Made by a program: the position numbers and the translations under genes
Assembly: GCA_902529805.1 (NCBI GenBank)
Contig: CABZXU010000007.1
Coordinates: 877-64,876, forward strand
Direction: 5' to 3'
Length of the DNA stretch: 64,000 nucleotides
Source: an uncultured Marinoscillum sp.
Lineage (GTDB): Bacteria; Bacteroidota; Bacteroidia; Cytophagales; MED-G16
Notes under the pieces: model-generated
Databases searched by the model: none
What the model saw: the letters and a program-made list of their open reading frames with translations, nothing else
Told to the model about the DNA's origin: nothing
Part shown: positions 38,024 through 47,448 of the stretch, piece by piece
How positions within the stretch are numbered: the first letter of the stretch is position 1
Layout of the letters: each line of letters opens with the position of its first letter

Positions 38024-40867
38024 TTGAAAATTTATTTATTCATATTAATTCTTTTTTTTGTTTATTCTACTAACATTTTTTCTCAAAGGAAAAAAAATAA
38101 TAAAGCTGACTTTGTTAAATCTACTCCTGCAGCCTTAAGAATTGATGATTATAAAAAAAGATTAGAATTAGAAACAAATTCAATAGTTAAGAATATACAC
38201 TTTAGAAATATTGGACCAACTGTTATGAGTGGAAGAGTAGTTGATTTTGCAGTTAATCCAAATGACCCCACTCATTTTTATGTTGCTTATGCTTCTGGTG
38301 GATTGTGGGAAACAAAAAATCACGGAAATACTTTTACTCCAATTTTTGATAACAATATTGTTATGACTTTAGGAGACGTGGAAGTAGACTGGAAAAATAA
38401 GATAATTTATGCAGGAACAGGAGAAAATAATTCTAGCAGGTCATCTTATTCTGGAGTGGGAATATTTAGATCATCTGATAATGGAAAATCTTGGAGACAT
38501 ATAGGATTAGATGATTCTCATCATATAGGTAGAATCATTGTTCATCCAGAAAATCCAGATATAATATGGGTAGCAGCTTTAGGTCATCTTTATTCTGAAA
38601 ATGAAGAACGTGGAGTTTTTAAATCAACTGATGCAGGGCAAACATGGTCTAAAACATTATTTGTAAATAATAGAACTGGAGCAATTGATCTTGTAATTGA
38701 TAAGAAATCTCCAGATATATTATATGCTTCTATGTGGGAGAAAGATAGAAAAGCTTGGAACTTTGATGGTTCTGGATTTGGTTCTGGAATATATAAGTCA
38801 ATGGATGGAGGAAATACTTGGAATGAAATATCAGGGAAAAAAAGTGGTTTTCCAGATACGAGAGGTACTGGCAGAATAGGTTTGGCAATATCAAATACAA
38901 ATTCAAATATTCTTTATGCAATTCTTGATAATCAAGATAGAAAAGAGAAAAAAAATACTACGAACGAAGCATTAATTGATAAAGATGTTTTGAGAAATAT
39001 AAGTAATGAAGATTTTTTAAAATTAAAAGATTCTGACCTTAACTCTTTTTTAAGAGATAATCGTTTTCCTAGAGAATATAATGCTAAGTCAGTTAAAGAA
39101 TTAGTTGAAAACAATAGCATATCAGCAATTGCTCTGGTTGAGTATTTAGAAGACTCTAACACTTTATTGTATGATACTCCAGTAAAAGGCGCAGAAGTCT
39201 ATAGGTCTGATGATGCTGGTATTAGTTGGTACAAAACACATGAGAACTATATAGATAATCTTTTTTATTCATATGGCTACTACTTTGGTGAAATTAGAAT
39301 AGATGGTATAAACCCAGATAAAGTATATACAATGGGAGTACCAATGATTAAGTCAGATGATGGTGGTAAAAATTGGAAATCTATTGATTATCCAAATATG
39401 CATGGAGATCACCATGCTCTTTGGATAAATCCAAATAGGTCTGGGCATATGATAGCTGGTAATGATGGAGGCATAAACATAACATATGATGATGGTAAAA
39501 ACTGGATGAAATATAATAGCACTTCGGTTGGACAGTTCTATGATATAAATATTGATATGAAAAAACCATATAATGTTTATGGTGGTTTTCAAGACAATGG
39601 AGTTTGGATGGGGCCATCAGATTATCAGTCGAGCATGAGATGGCACAGTACAGGTCAATATCCTTGGAAGTCTATTTTTGGAGGAGATGGAATGCAAACT
39701 GAAATAGATTTTAGAGATAATGAGACTGTATATACTGGTTCACAATTTGGAAATTATGCAAGATTGAATACAAGAACTGGCGAAAGAAAAAGAATAACTC
39801 CATCTCATAAATTAGGAGAAAGACCTTATAGATGGAATTGGGAGACTCCTATATATTTATCAAGACATCAGCAAGATATATTATATATGGGATCAAATAA
39901 ATTTCATAGATCATTGGATAAGGGAAATAATTTTGAAACACTATCAGGTGATTTAACCAAAGGAGGTATAAAAGGAAATGTAAGTTATGGGACTTTAACA
40001 ACCATTATGGAATCACCTTTAAAGTTTGGTCTTATATATGTAGGTAGCGATGATGGTTTAGTGCATGTAAGTCATGATGGAGGAAATAACTGGAAAAATA
40101 TTTCTTCTTCTTTACCTGAAAATATGTGGATTAGTAGTGTTTATCCTTCAAAATTTTATGAAAATAGAGTTTATGTATCATTAAATGGCTATAGATGGGA
40201 TAATTTTGATCCTATGATATATATATCTGATGATTATGGTGCTAATTGGAGTAAAATAGGACATAATCTCCCAAAAGAACCAATTAACGTAATAATAGAA
40301 GATTTAGAAAATCAGAAACTGGTTTATGTTGCTACTGATCATGGGGTTTATGCATCTTTAGATTATGGTAATAATTTCTTTGCTTTTTCAAGTGGATTAT
40401 CTAATGCTCCAGTTCATGATTTAGTTCTGCATCCAAGAGAAAGAGATTTGATTGTTGGAACGCATGGAAGATCAGTATATGTTGCTAATGTTAAGCATCT
40501 ACAAATGCTTAGTGAAAAAATTCTTTCAAAGAACATCCATGTTTTTGAGTTAGAAAAAATAAAATTTTCACCACGATGGGGTAGTAAAGGATGGGGATCA
40601 AACTTTTATACACCTGAAATTAAAATTGTATATTATTCCGCTTCTGATTTACCTGCTAAAATAAATGTAAGCCATAAAAATAATACACTTAAAACTTTAG
40701 ATTTTAATGCTACTTCAGGGTTAAATTTTATTTCCTATGATCTATCAATTGATAGAAAAGAACAAAGTTCCAATGACAATGGTTTACACTACTTGACTAA
40801 GGGAGAATATTCTGTTGAGGTTATTCAAAATAATAACATTTCAAATGTTAAACTTATTATAAACTAA
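38024..40867 (+). CDS. exported BNR/Asp-box repeat protein (VPS10/sortilin-like), paralogue of 27502-30102
   Basis: TTG start as in the ORF track, then a signal peptide ending IFSQ. Many Asp-boxes (SSDNGKSWRH, STDAGQTWSK, SMDGGNTWNE, SDDGGKNWKS, SHDGGNNWKN, SDDYGANWSK). Collinear with the other BNR protein; 947 aa. Confidence 0.8.
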   Translation: MKIYLFILILFFVYSTNIFSQRKKNNKADFVKSTPAALRIDDYKKRLELETNSIVKNIHFRNIGPTVMSGRVVDFAVNPNDPTHFYVAYASGGLWETKNHGNTFTPIFDNNIVMTLGDVEVDWKNKIIYAGTGENNSSRSSYSGVGIFRSSDNGKSWRHIGLDDSHHIGRIIVHPENPDIIWVAALGHLYSENEERGVFKSTDAGQTWSKTLFVNNRTGAIDLVIDKKSPDILYASMWEKDRKAWNFDGSGFGSGIYKSMDGGNTWNEISGKKSGFPDTRGTGRIGLAISNTNSNILYAILDNQDRKEKKNTTNEALIDKDVLRNISNEDFLKLKDSDLNSFLRDNRFPREYNAKSVKELVENNSISAIALVEYLEDSNTLLYDTPVKGAEVYRSDDAGISWYKTHENYIDNLFYSYGYYFGEIRIDGINPDKVYTMGVPMIKSDDGGKNWKSIDYPNMHGDHHALWINPNRSGHMIAGNDGGINITYDDGKNWMKYNSTSVGQFYDINIDMKKPYNVYGGFQDNGVWMGPSDYQSSMRWHSTGQYPWKSIFGGDGMQTEIDFRDNETVYTGSQFGNYARLNTRTGERKRITPSHKLGERPYRWNWETPIYLSRHQQDILYMGSNKFHRSLDKGNNFETLSGDLTKGGIKGNVSYGTLTTIMESPLKFGLIYVGSDDGLVHVSHDGGNNWKNISSSLPENMWISSVYPSKFYENRVYVSLNGYRWDNFDPMIYISDDYGANWSKIGHNLPKEPINVIIEDLENQKLVYVATDHGVYASLDYGNNFFAFSSGLSNAPVHDLVLHPRERDLIVGTHGRSVYVANVKHLQMLSEKILSKNIHVFELEKIKFSPRWGSKGWGSNFYTPEIKIVYYSASDLPAKINVSHKNNTLKTLDFNATSGLNFISYDLSIDRKEQSSNDNGLHYLTKGEYSVEVIQNNNISNVKLIIN

Positions 40868-40875
40868 TTTTAACT

Positions 40876-41787
40876 ATGAGTTTTAATTTCAGATTAATAT
40901 TTTTTCTTTTCTTTCCGCTTATTATGTATTCTCAGAGCCAGCTGGATAATGGTTTGGAAGATAGGGATTCTGCTCTAAATTATGCTTACTATTTGAACTG
41001 TAATGGTGCATTTGAAAAAAAAATAGATGGAAAAATTTATTTTTTTCCTTGTAAGGACGAAGAAGAACTAAAAATTAAAAAAATGCAAATGCAGGTTAGG
41101 CCTGAAGTAACTGAAGTATGGGATCCAGAACCTAAAATAGTTACACCAGGAAATTCTTACGGTTTGCCACCTTCAGATGCAATAATTTTATTTGATGGAA
41201 CTAATTTAGATAGTTGGATTCAAGAAAATGGAAAACCTAAATGGAATTTAAATGATGGTTATATGACCGTTAAGCCTGGATCAGGTGGTTTATTTACAAA
41301 ACAATCATTTGGAGACTGTCAGTTACATATAGAGTTTAGAACTCCTTCTAAGATTAAAGGAGAAGGTCAGGGAAGAGGTAATAGTGGTATTTATTTCATG
41401 CAAGAAATGGGAGATAGACGTGATACTGGTTATGAAGTTCAGGTACTAGATTCATATGAAAACAGAACTTACTCTAACGGTCAAGCATCAAGTATTTATA
41501 AACAACACATTCCACTTGTAAATGCTTCAAAAAAGCCTGGTGAATGGCAATCATATGATATTTTTTTTAAAGCTCCCTTATATAATGAAAAAGGAAAATT
41601 ATTAAGAAAAGCGTATGTTACTGTAATACACAATGGAATACTGGTTCAAAATCATGTTCAGATTCAAGGTTCAACAAAATTTATAGGATATCCTAGCTAT
41701 AAAAAAGACAATAAAAAAGAACCTATTATGCTGCAAGATCATGGAGACTTAGTTAGTTATAGAAATATTTGGATTAGAGAGCTCTGA
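40876..41787 (+). CDS. DUF1080 (3-keto-disaccharide hydrolase-like) domain protein, exported
   Basis: Signal peptide, then NSGIYF, YEVQVLDS, GEWQSYDIFF and C-terminal LQDHGDLVSYRNIWIREL, all typical of DUF1080. Confidence 0.8.
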   Translation: MSFNFRLIFFLFFPLIMYSQSQLDNGLEDRDSALNYAYYLNCNGAFEKKIDGKIYFFPCKDEEELKIKKMQMQVRPEVTEVWDPEPKIVTPGNSYGLPPSDAIILFDGTNLDSWIQENGKPKWNLNDGYMTVKPGSGGLFTKQSFGDCQLHIEFRTPSKIKGEGQGRGNSGIYFMQEMGDRRDTGYEVQVLDSYENRTYSNGQASSIYKQHIPLVNASKKPGEWQSYDIFFKAPLYNEKGKLLRKAYVTVIHNGILVQNHVQIQGSTKFIGYPSYKKDNKKEPIMLQDHGDLVSYRNIWIREL

Positions 41788-41842
41788 TATTATTTTTATT
41801 TTATTTTATTTGTTAATATATTACAATTATAATTTAATAACC

Positions 41843-42289
41843 ATGAGTTTTATAAAATCTAAAAATTTGTTCTTTTTAATTCTAATCGTGCTTATTTCTT
41901 GTAAGAAAAAAGATGATGATGTAGCACCTGCTGATGATCCACTTGATGTTCAAGCAAAAAAGATTGAGGCTTTGTGGGATTTAAAAGATGCTTCTTCTGC
42001 TACAAAAGATGGTTCAGTGGTTGCTGATTTTGCAGATTTGACCTTAACTTTTTCTGCTGGATCTAAAGCTGGGGGTAATTTTAATACTTCAAACTCTGCT
42101 AACGCAAGTGTATGGGCTAATTCTGGTTCTTGGCTTTTTGATGGTGGAGATAAAAATAAACTTAAAAGAAACGATAATGTAGTGATGACAATTTCACTTA
42201 CAAATAATGATAATGACCTTAAAGTTTCTTTTAATGTTGCTTCAGGAGTTAAACAGGGAAATTGGGTATTTGACTTTGTTAAGAAATAA
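41843..42289 (+). CDS. hypothetical lipoprotein
   Basis: Start moved to MSFIKSKNLFFLILIVLISC (lipobox). 148 aa, no family recognised. Confidence 0.5.
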   Translation: MSFIKSKNLFFLILIVLISCKKKDDDVAPADDPLDVQAKKIEALWDLKDASSATKDGSVVADFADLTLTFSAGSKAGGNFNTSNSANASVWANSGSWLFDGGDKNKLKRNDNVVMTISLTNNDNDLKVSFNVASGVKQGNWVFDFVKK

Positions 42290-42294
42290 TACCT

Positions 42295-42834
42295 TTAATC
42301 TATAGTTTCTAAAATTATATTATGGTTAGTATAAATGCAGATATCACCTGCTATTTTTAAACTTTTTTTGACCATCTCTTTTGCGGTAAGTTTTTTCACA
42401 TTTTCTTTTAAAGCAATAGCTGCTGATTGAGCATAATTACTTCCTGATCCAATGGTTGCAATTTCATTATCTGGCTCCAATACATCTCCAGTTCCAGATA
42501 CTATTAATATTTGATTTTTATTTGCAACAATCATCATAGCCTCTAACCTTCTTAAGTATCTATCCATTCTCCAGTCTTTAGCAAGTTCAATAGCAGACCT
42601 TTTCATATTTCCACCGTATTTGCTAAGCTTTTCTTCAAACCTGTCAATAAGTGTAAAAGCATCAGCAGTAGATCCAGCAAAACCCGCAAGAATTTTTCCT
42701 TCGTGTAATTTTCTTATTTTTTTTACATTACTTTTTGCAACAGTACTCCCCATTGTTGCTTGACCATCAGCTCCAATAGCAAGCTGACCATTATGAATTA
42801 TTGCACATACGGTTGTAGACTTAAATTTTTTCAT
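42295..42834 (-). CDS. hslV: ATP-dependent protease subunit HslV (with a short N-terminal propeptide)
   Basis: TTVCAIIHNGQLAIGADGQATMGSTV...KKIRKL matches the HslV N-terminal nucleophile region. The Thr-Thr is preceded by MKKFKS. Confidence 0.85.
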   Translation of the reverse strand: MKKFKSTTVCAIIHNGQLAIGADGQATMGSTVAKSNVKKIRKLHEGKILAGFAGSTADAFTLIDRFEEKLSKYGGNMKRSAIELAKDWRMDRYLRRLEAMMIVANKNQILIVSGTGDVLEPDNEIATIGSGSNYAQSAAIALKENVKKLTAKEMVKKSLKIAGDICIYTNHNIILETID

Positions 42835-42835
42835 T

Positions 42836-44116
42836 TTATACTAATATTTTAATTGGATCTTCTAAAAGTTCTTTTAATGTTTTTAAAAATGCGGCACCAG
42901 TAGCACCATCAACTAATCTGTGGTCACATGACATTGTTACTTTCATTATATTTCCAGGAACAATTTCTCCATTTTTAACAATTGGGGTATTTTTAATTCC
43001 CCCCACTGCTAAGATACAGGAATCATTAGGATTTATTATAGCAGTAAATTCTTCTATGCCAAACATTCCAAGATTAGAGATTGTAAAAGTATTTCCTTCC
43101 CAATCAGATGGTTGCAGTTTTTTTTCTTTTGCTTTTCCTGCAAGTTCTTTGACTTCCAATGAAATATGAGATAAAGTTTTATTATCAGCAAATCTAATAA
43201 CAGGAACAAGGAGTCCTTCATCTACAGCTACAGCAACTCCAATATGAATATGATGATTTTTTCTAATATTATTTTCTATAAGACTTGAGTTAACCATAGG
43301 ATGTTTTCTCAATGCAGAAGCACAAGCTTTTAAAATAATATCATTAAATGATATTTTTACATCTGAGCTTTCATTAATTTTTTTTCTACCACTTACGCAA
43401 TTATCCATATTTATTTCCATAGTAAGATAAAAATGTGGAGCAGTAAATTTACTTTCTGAAAGTCTTTTTGATATGGTTTTTCTCATTTGACTAACGGGAA
43501 TTTCATCATAAGATTCTTCAGCAATTACTTTTGGAAGATCAATTTTTTGGGATGGGATATTAGAATCCCCAGATGGAAGAGAATCTAAGTCTTTTTTAGT
43601 TATTCTTCCTCCTTCACCAGTTCCTTTAACATTTTTTAGATCAATACCTTTTTCTAAAGCAATTTTTTTTGCTAAAGGAGAAGCTTTTATTCTTCCGTTG
43701 GATGAAATATTTTCAGTGCTTTCAATTTTATTAATAGGATCTATGACATCTTCATTTATTTCTATATCTTTCTCTTCTTCTTTTATATCTTTTTCTTCTT
43801 CAACAAGTAGTTCTTTTTTATCCTCTTCATCAGATGGGTTTCTATTTGCTTCATTTAATATTTCAGATATATCCTCATCCTTTTCACCAATAATTGCAAT
43901 AATCCCATTTACTGGTACTGATTCTCCATCTTTGATTCCTATATGTAAAAGTATTCCATCATCATAAGATTCTAGCTCCATTGTTGCTTTATCTGTTTCA
44001 ACTTCTGCTAAAATATCTCCTGATTTAATCTCATCACCAACCTTTTTTAACCAAGATGCAATTACACCTTCTTCCATGGTATCGCTCATCTTGGGCATTC
44101 TAATTATTTCTGCCAT
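42836..44116 (-). CDS. dihydrolipoamide acetyltransferase (E2) of a pyruvate/2-oxoacid dehydrogenase complex
   Basis: Lipoyl domain (VETDKATMELE), acidic linker, E3-binding region (ASPLAKKIA), and catalytic DHRLVDGA; 426 aa. Confidence 0.9.
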   Translation of the reverse strand: MAEIIRMPKMSDTMEEGVIASWLKKVGDEIKSGDILAEVETDKATMELESYDDGILLHIGIKDGESVPVNGIIAIIGEKDEDISEILNEANRNPSDEEDKKELLVEEEKDIKEEEKDIEINEDVIDPINKIESTENISSNGRIKASPLAKKIALEKGIDLKNVKGTGEGGRITKKDLDSLPSGDSNIPSQKIDLPKVIAEESYDEIPVSQMRKTISKRLSESKFTAPHFYLTMEINMDNCVSGRKKINESSDVKISFNDIILKACASALRKHPMVNSSLIENNIRKNHHIHIGVAVAVDEGLLVPVIRFADNKTLSHISLEVKELAGKAKEKKLQPSDWEGNTFTISNLGMFGIEEFTAIINPNDSCILAVGGIKNTPIVKNGEIVPGNIMKVTMSCDHRLVDGATGAAFLKTLKELLEDPIKILV

Positions 44117-44197
44117 AAAAGTTTAAAATATTATACCAAATTTAATTCCAAAATTTAATATAAAGGATTTAAGATAAGAAAATATTAATTTTGAGTT

Positions 44198-44896
44198 ATG
44201 ATTGATAGATATGTTATTGAATACAATTCGAATTTGATTAAAAAAATAATTAATTCAGAGAAAATTAATTCATTTGATTCAGAATATAATGCAGCTCCGA
44301 CAAAATCACTGCCAATTGTATCAATAAAATCGCCGAATAAAGTTGATTTTGTTCATTGGGGTGCAACATCAGATTATGCCAAAAAAAAGCCTTTAGCTGA
44401 TAAGTTGATTAGTTTAGATTTATCTACTTTTTCTAAAAGTAATATGCACTATAATCTTTTAATTTCTCAAAGGTGTATTATTTTATGTAATGGTTTTTAT
44501 TTATGGAAAAAAACCTCTAAAAATCAAAAAACCCCTTATTATTTCAATTATATGAAAGATAAAATCATGTTATGTGTAGGCATAAAAGAAAAATATGAGG
44601 ATTTTGAAGGAAATACTTTTAATTATTTTTCTTTTATTTCTAAAAAATCCAGTAATGAGTGGAAAGAATTTTCTGATACTATTCCATTTGTTCTTGATTT
44701 TAATAATATCAATTTATGGTTTGATAAAAATAAAAGATTTGATGAAATATTAGATTTAATTTATCAGCCTGAAATATCATCTTTTAATTATTATACTGTA
44801 TCTCCATTTATTAAAGATTTGTCATATAACGATAAAAAATTGATAAGCCCAAAAAACACTTCAAATCAACATGGCAATTACAGTCTTTTTGATTGA
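44198..44896 (+). CDS. SRAP (SOS-response associated peptidase / YedK / DUF159)-like protein lacking the catalytic residues
   Basis: Collinear SRAP-like blocks: EYNAAPTKSLPIV, VHWG, RCIILCNGFYLWKK....KTPYYF. The N-terminus is MIDR rather than MCGR, and an in-frame stop lies 2 codons upstream of the ATG. Confidence 0.55.
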   Translation: MIDRYVIEYNSNLIKKIINSEKINSFDSEYNAAPTKSLPIVSIKSPNKVDFVHWGATSDYAKKKPLADKLISLDLSTFSKSNMHYNLLISQRCIILCNGFYLWKKTSKNQKTPYYFNYMKDKIMLCVGIKEKYEDFEGNTFNYFSFISKKSSNEWKEFSDTIPFVLDFNNINLWFDKNKRFDEILDLIYQPEISSFNYYTVSPFIKDLSYNDKKLISPKNTSNQHGNYSLFD

Positions 44897-44938
44897 TTCA
44901 AATTAATCATAAAATTTGATTATAATTACTTAAAAAAT

Positions 44939-45946
44939 ATGAAAACATCAATAATAAAAGGAATTGGTTATTATGTGCCAGAAAACATTGTTAAAAATAA
45001 AGATTTAGAAAAAATTATGGATACCTCTGATGAATGGATTCAAGAAAGGACTGGGATCAGAGAAAGAAGATGGGTTTTGGAGGATAGTGATGAATCTACA
45101 TCTTCAATGGGAACAGAAGCAGCAAAAAAAGCAATCAAAAACGCACAAATATCTCCTGATGAAATTGACTTTATAATTTTTGCTACTTTAAGTCCAGATT
45201 ATTTTTTTCCTGGATCTGGAGTTTTAATTCAAAGAAATTTAGGTTTAAAGGAAGTAGGTGCTTTGGATATAAGGAATCAATGTTCTGGTTTTATTTATGC
45301 ATTATCTATTGCAGATCAATACATTAAATCTGGAATGTACAAAAACATCTTAATAGTTGGATCTGAACTTCACTCAGGTGGACTTGAAAAGTCTACAAGA
45401 GGAAGAAATGTTTCAGTTATATTTGGTGATGGAGCAGGTGCCGTTATAATTCAAGCTTCTGATGATTCTGGAAAAGGAATTATGTCTACTCACCTTCATT
45501 CTGAAGGGAAGCATGCTGAAGAACTTGCAGTAATTAGTCCAGCAACAAAAAAATGGATAGATAAATTAGTTGAAGATCCTAATGAAGATGGATCAAGTTA
45601 TGCACCATATATGAATGGTAATTTTGTTTTTAAAAATGCTGTTGTAAGATTTATGGAAGTTATTAATGAGGCTCTTATTAAAAATAATTTAACTAAAGAA
45701 GATATTAACTTGTTAATACCTCATCAAGCTAATTTAAGAATTAACCAATTTGTACAAAAACAACTTTCACTACCTGATGAAAAAGTTTATAATAATATTA
45801 TGAAATATGGCAACACAACTGCAGCATCAATTCCAATAGCTTTGGCTGAGGCTATTGAAAAGGGTAAGCTAAATGATGGGGATATTTTATGTTTAGCTGC
45901 TTTTGGAGCAGGTTTCACGTGGGGTTCAGCATTAATTAGATGGTAA
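44939..45946 (+). CDS. fabH: 3-oxoacyl-ACP synthase III
   Basis: DTSDEWIQERTGIRERR; active-site context NQCSGFIYAL; HQANLRI; GNTTAASIP; 335 aa. Confidence 0.9.
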   Translation: MKTSIIKGIGYYVPENIVKNKDLEKIMDTSDEWIQERTGIRERRWVLEDSDESTSSMGTEAAKKAIKNAQISPDEIDFIIFATLSPDYFFPGSGVLIQRNLGLKEVGALDIRNQCSGFIYALSIADQYIKSGMYKNILIVGSELHSGGLEKSTRGRNVSVIFGDGAGAVIIQASDDSGKGIMSTHLHSEGKHAEELAVISPATKKWIDKLVEDPNEDGSSYAPYMNGNFVFKNAVVRFMEVINEALIKNNLTKEDINLLIPHQANLRINQFVQKQLSLPDEKVYNNIMKYGNTTAASIPIALAEAIEKGKLNDGDILCLAAFGAGFTWGSALIRW

Positions 45947-47448
45947 TGAATAAATCCATTATTAATGTGATTTATTTTTTTAATTTTTTCCCTTTAGTAA
46001 CTTTTTCACAAAAAATATTCATTCCTATTTCAGATCCCTATGTAGTAAGTATATATACTAAAGGAGATAAGGATATAGATGGAGGTTATATTTCAAAAGA
46101 TTCTTTGGGAAATATTATTATATCAGGCAAATTCAATCATATTACTCCTGTTGGGGAGTGGATTATATACTTTAATAATGGGAGAAAAAAAGCAAATTAT
46201 TTCTATAATAATGGGAAATTAGATGGAGAATTCATAGAGTATTATTGGAATGGAAATGTTAAAATTAAGGGCACATATTTAAAGAATAAACCTTCTCTTA
46301 TTTGGAAGTCTTATTTTCTGGATGGATCAATGGAGTCAATTGGACAAATGTTTGAGGGTAAAAAATTCAATGAATGGAGTGAATATCATTTAAATGGAAG
46401 AATTAGTATTATATCAAATTATAATAATCAGGGTAAATTAAATGGTAATTATTATAAATATGATAATAATGGAAAAATAATTTATTCAGCAACTTATTTT
46501 AAAGATAAACTGGATGGGCCATATAAGGAATATTATTTAGATGGAGAAGTAGCTCTTGAGGGTAATTACAAAATGGGATCAAAAAATGGTATTTGGAAAG
46601 AATTTACAATTTGGAAAAACTTATCTTTTGTTAAAGAATATAAAGATGACAAGCCTCACTTAACATGGAAGTACTATTATGATAACAAAAAAACTCAGAA
46701 AATAGAATCTTATTATGAAGGAGTTAGAAATGGTAATTTTATAGAATTTTATGAAAATGGGATCGTTTCAAAATCTTATTATTATAAAAATAATCTATTA
46801 GATAGTTCATATTATGAATTTCTTCCTAACGGATCAATCAGCGTTGAAGGATATTTTGATAATGGATTAAAAAATGGTGAATGGGCTACTTTTACTGAAG
46901 AAGGCAAGTTATTTTCTATAGGGTTTTATTTAAATGATTATAAAGATGGTGTTTGGAAGTACTTTTATGAATCTGGATATTTAAAGTCTGAAGGTATTTA
47001 TTCTACAGGATTTAAAAATGGTCAATGGATATTTTTTTATGAAAACAAAAATATTGATGAAATTGGCAGTTATTATAATGATTTAAAAGATGGATTATGG
47101 GGTAGGTTTTACTCAAATGGACAGTTAAAACAAGAAGAATTGTATAATAAAGGAAAATTAATTTCTATTTCGGAGTATTATTTGGAAAATGGAAAAATAG
47201 CTGATAAAGGTAATTTTAAAAATGGTAAAGGAGATGTATTTGATTATTATGAAAATGGAAAAATATTTTCAATAAAAAATTATAATAATGGATTTTTAAA
47301 TGGAAAATCTATTTTTTATTATTCAAATGGTAAAATTGCAGAAGAAGGTAATTATAAAAATAATATAAAAGTTGGGGTTTGGAAAAAATATAATAAAAGA
47401 GGTTTAGAAATACCTCAAAGTATTGATTATAAAGTAAATGAAAAATAA
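45946..47448 (+). CDS. exported MORN-variant (YwqK-like) repeat protein
   Basis: Signal peptide ending VTFSQ. About 16 tandem ~23-aa units of the form Y..NG....EG.Y..G...G.W..Y. The start could be 45940 or 45946; 45946 gives a TAATG junction with fabH. Confidence 0.7.
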   Translation: MNKSIINVIYFFNFFPLVTFSQKIFIPISDPYVVSIYTKGDKDIDGGYISKDSLGNIIISGKFNHITPVGEWIIYFNNGRKKANYFYNNGKLDGEFIEYYWNGNVKIKGTYLKNKPSLIWKSYFLDGSMESIGQMFEGKKFNEWSEYHLNGRISIISNYNNQGKLNGNYYKYDNNGKIIYSATYFKDKLDGPYKEYYLDGEVALEGNYKMGSKNGIWKEFTIWKNLSFVKEYKDDKPHLTWKYYYDNKKTQKIESYYEGVRNGNFIEFYENGIVSKSYYYKNNLLDSSYYEFLPNGSISVEGYFDNGLKNGEWATFTEEGKLFSIGFYLNDYKDGVWKYFYESGYLKSEGIYSTGFKNGQWIFFYENKNIDEIGSYYNDLKDGLWGRFYSNGQLKQEELYNKGKLISISEYYLENGKIADKGNFKNGKGDVFDYYENGKIFSIKNYNNGFLNGKSIFYYSNGKIAEEGNYKNNIKVGVWKKYNKRGLEIPQSIDYKVNEK

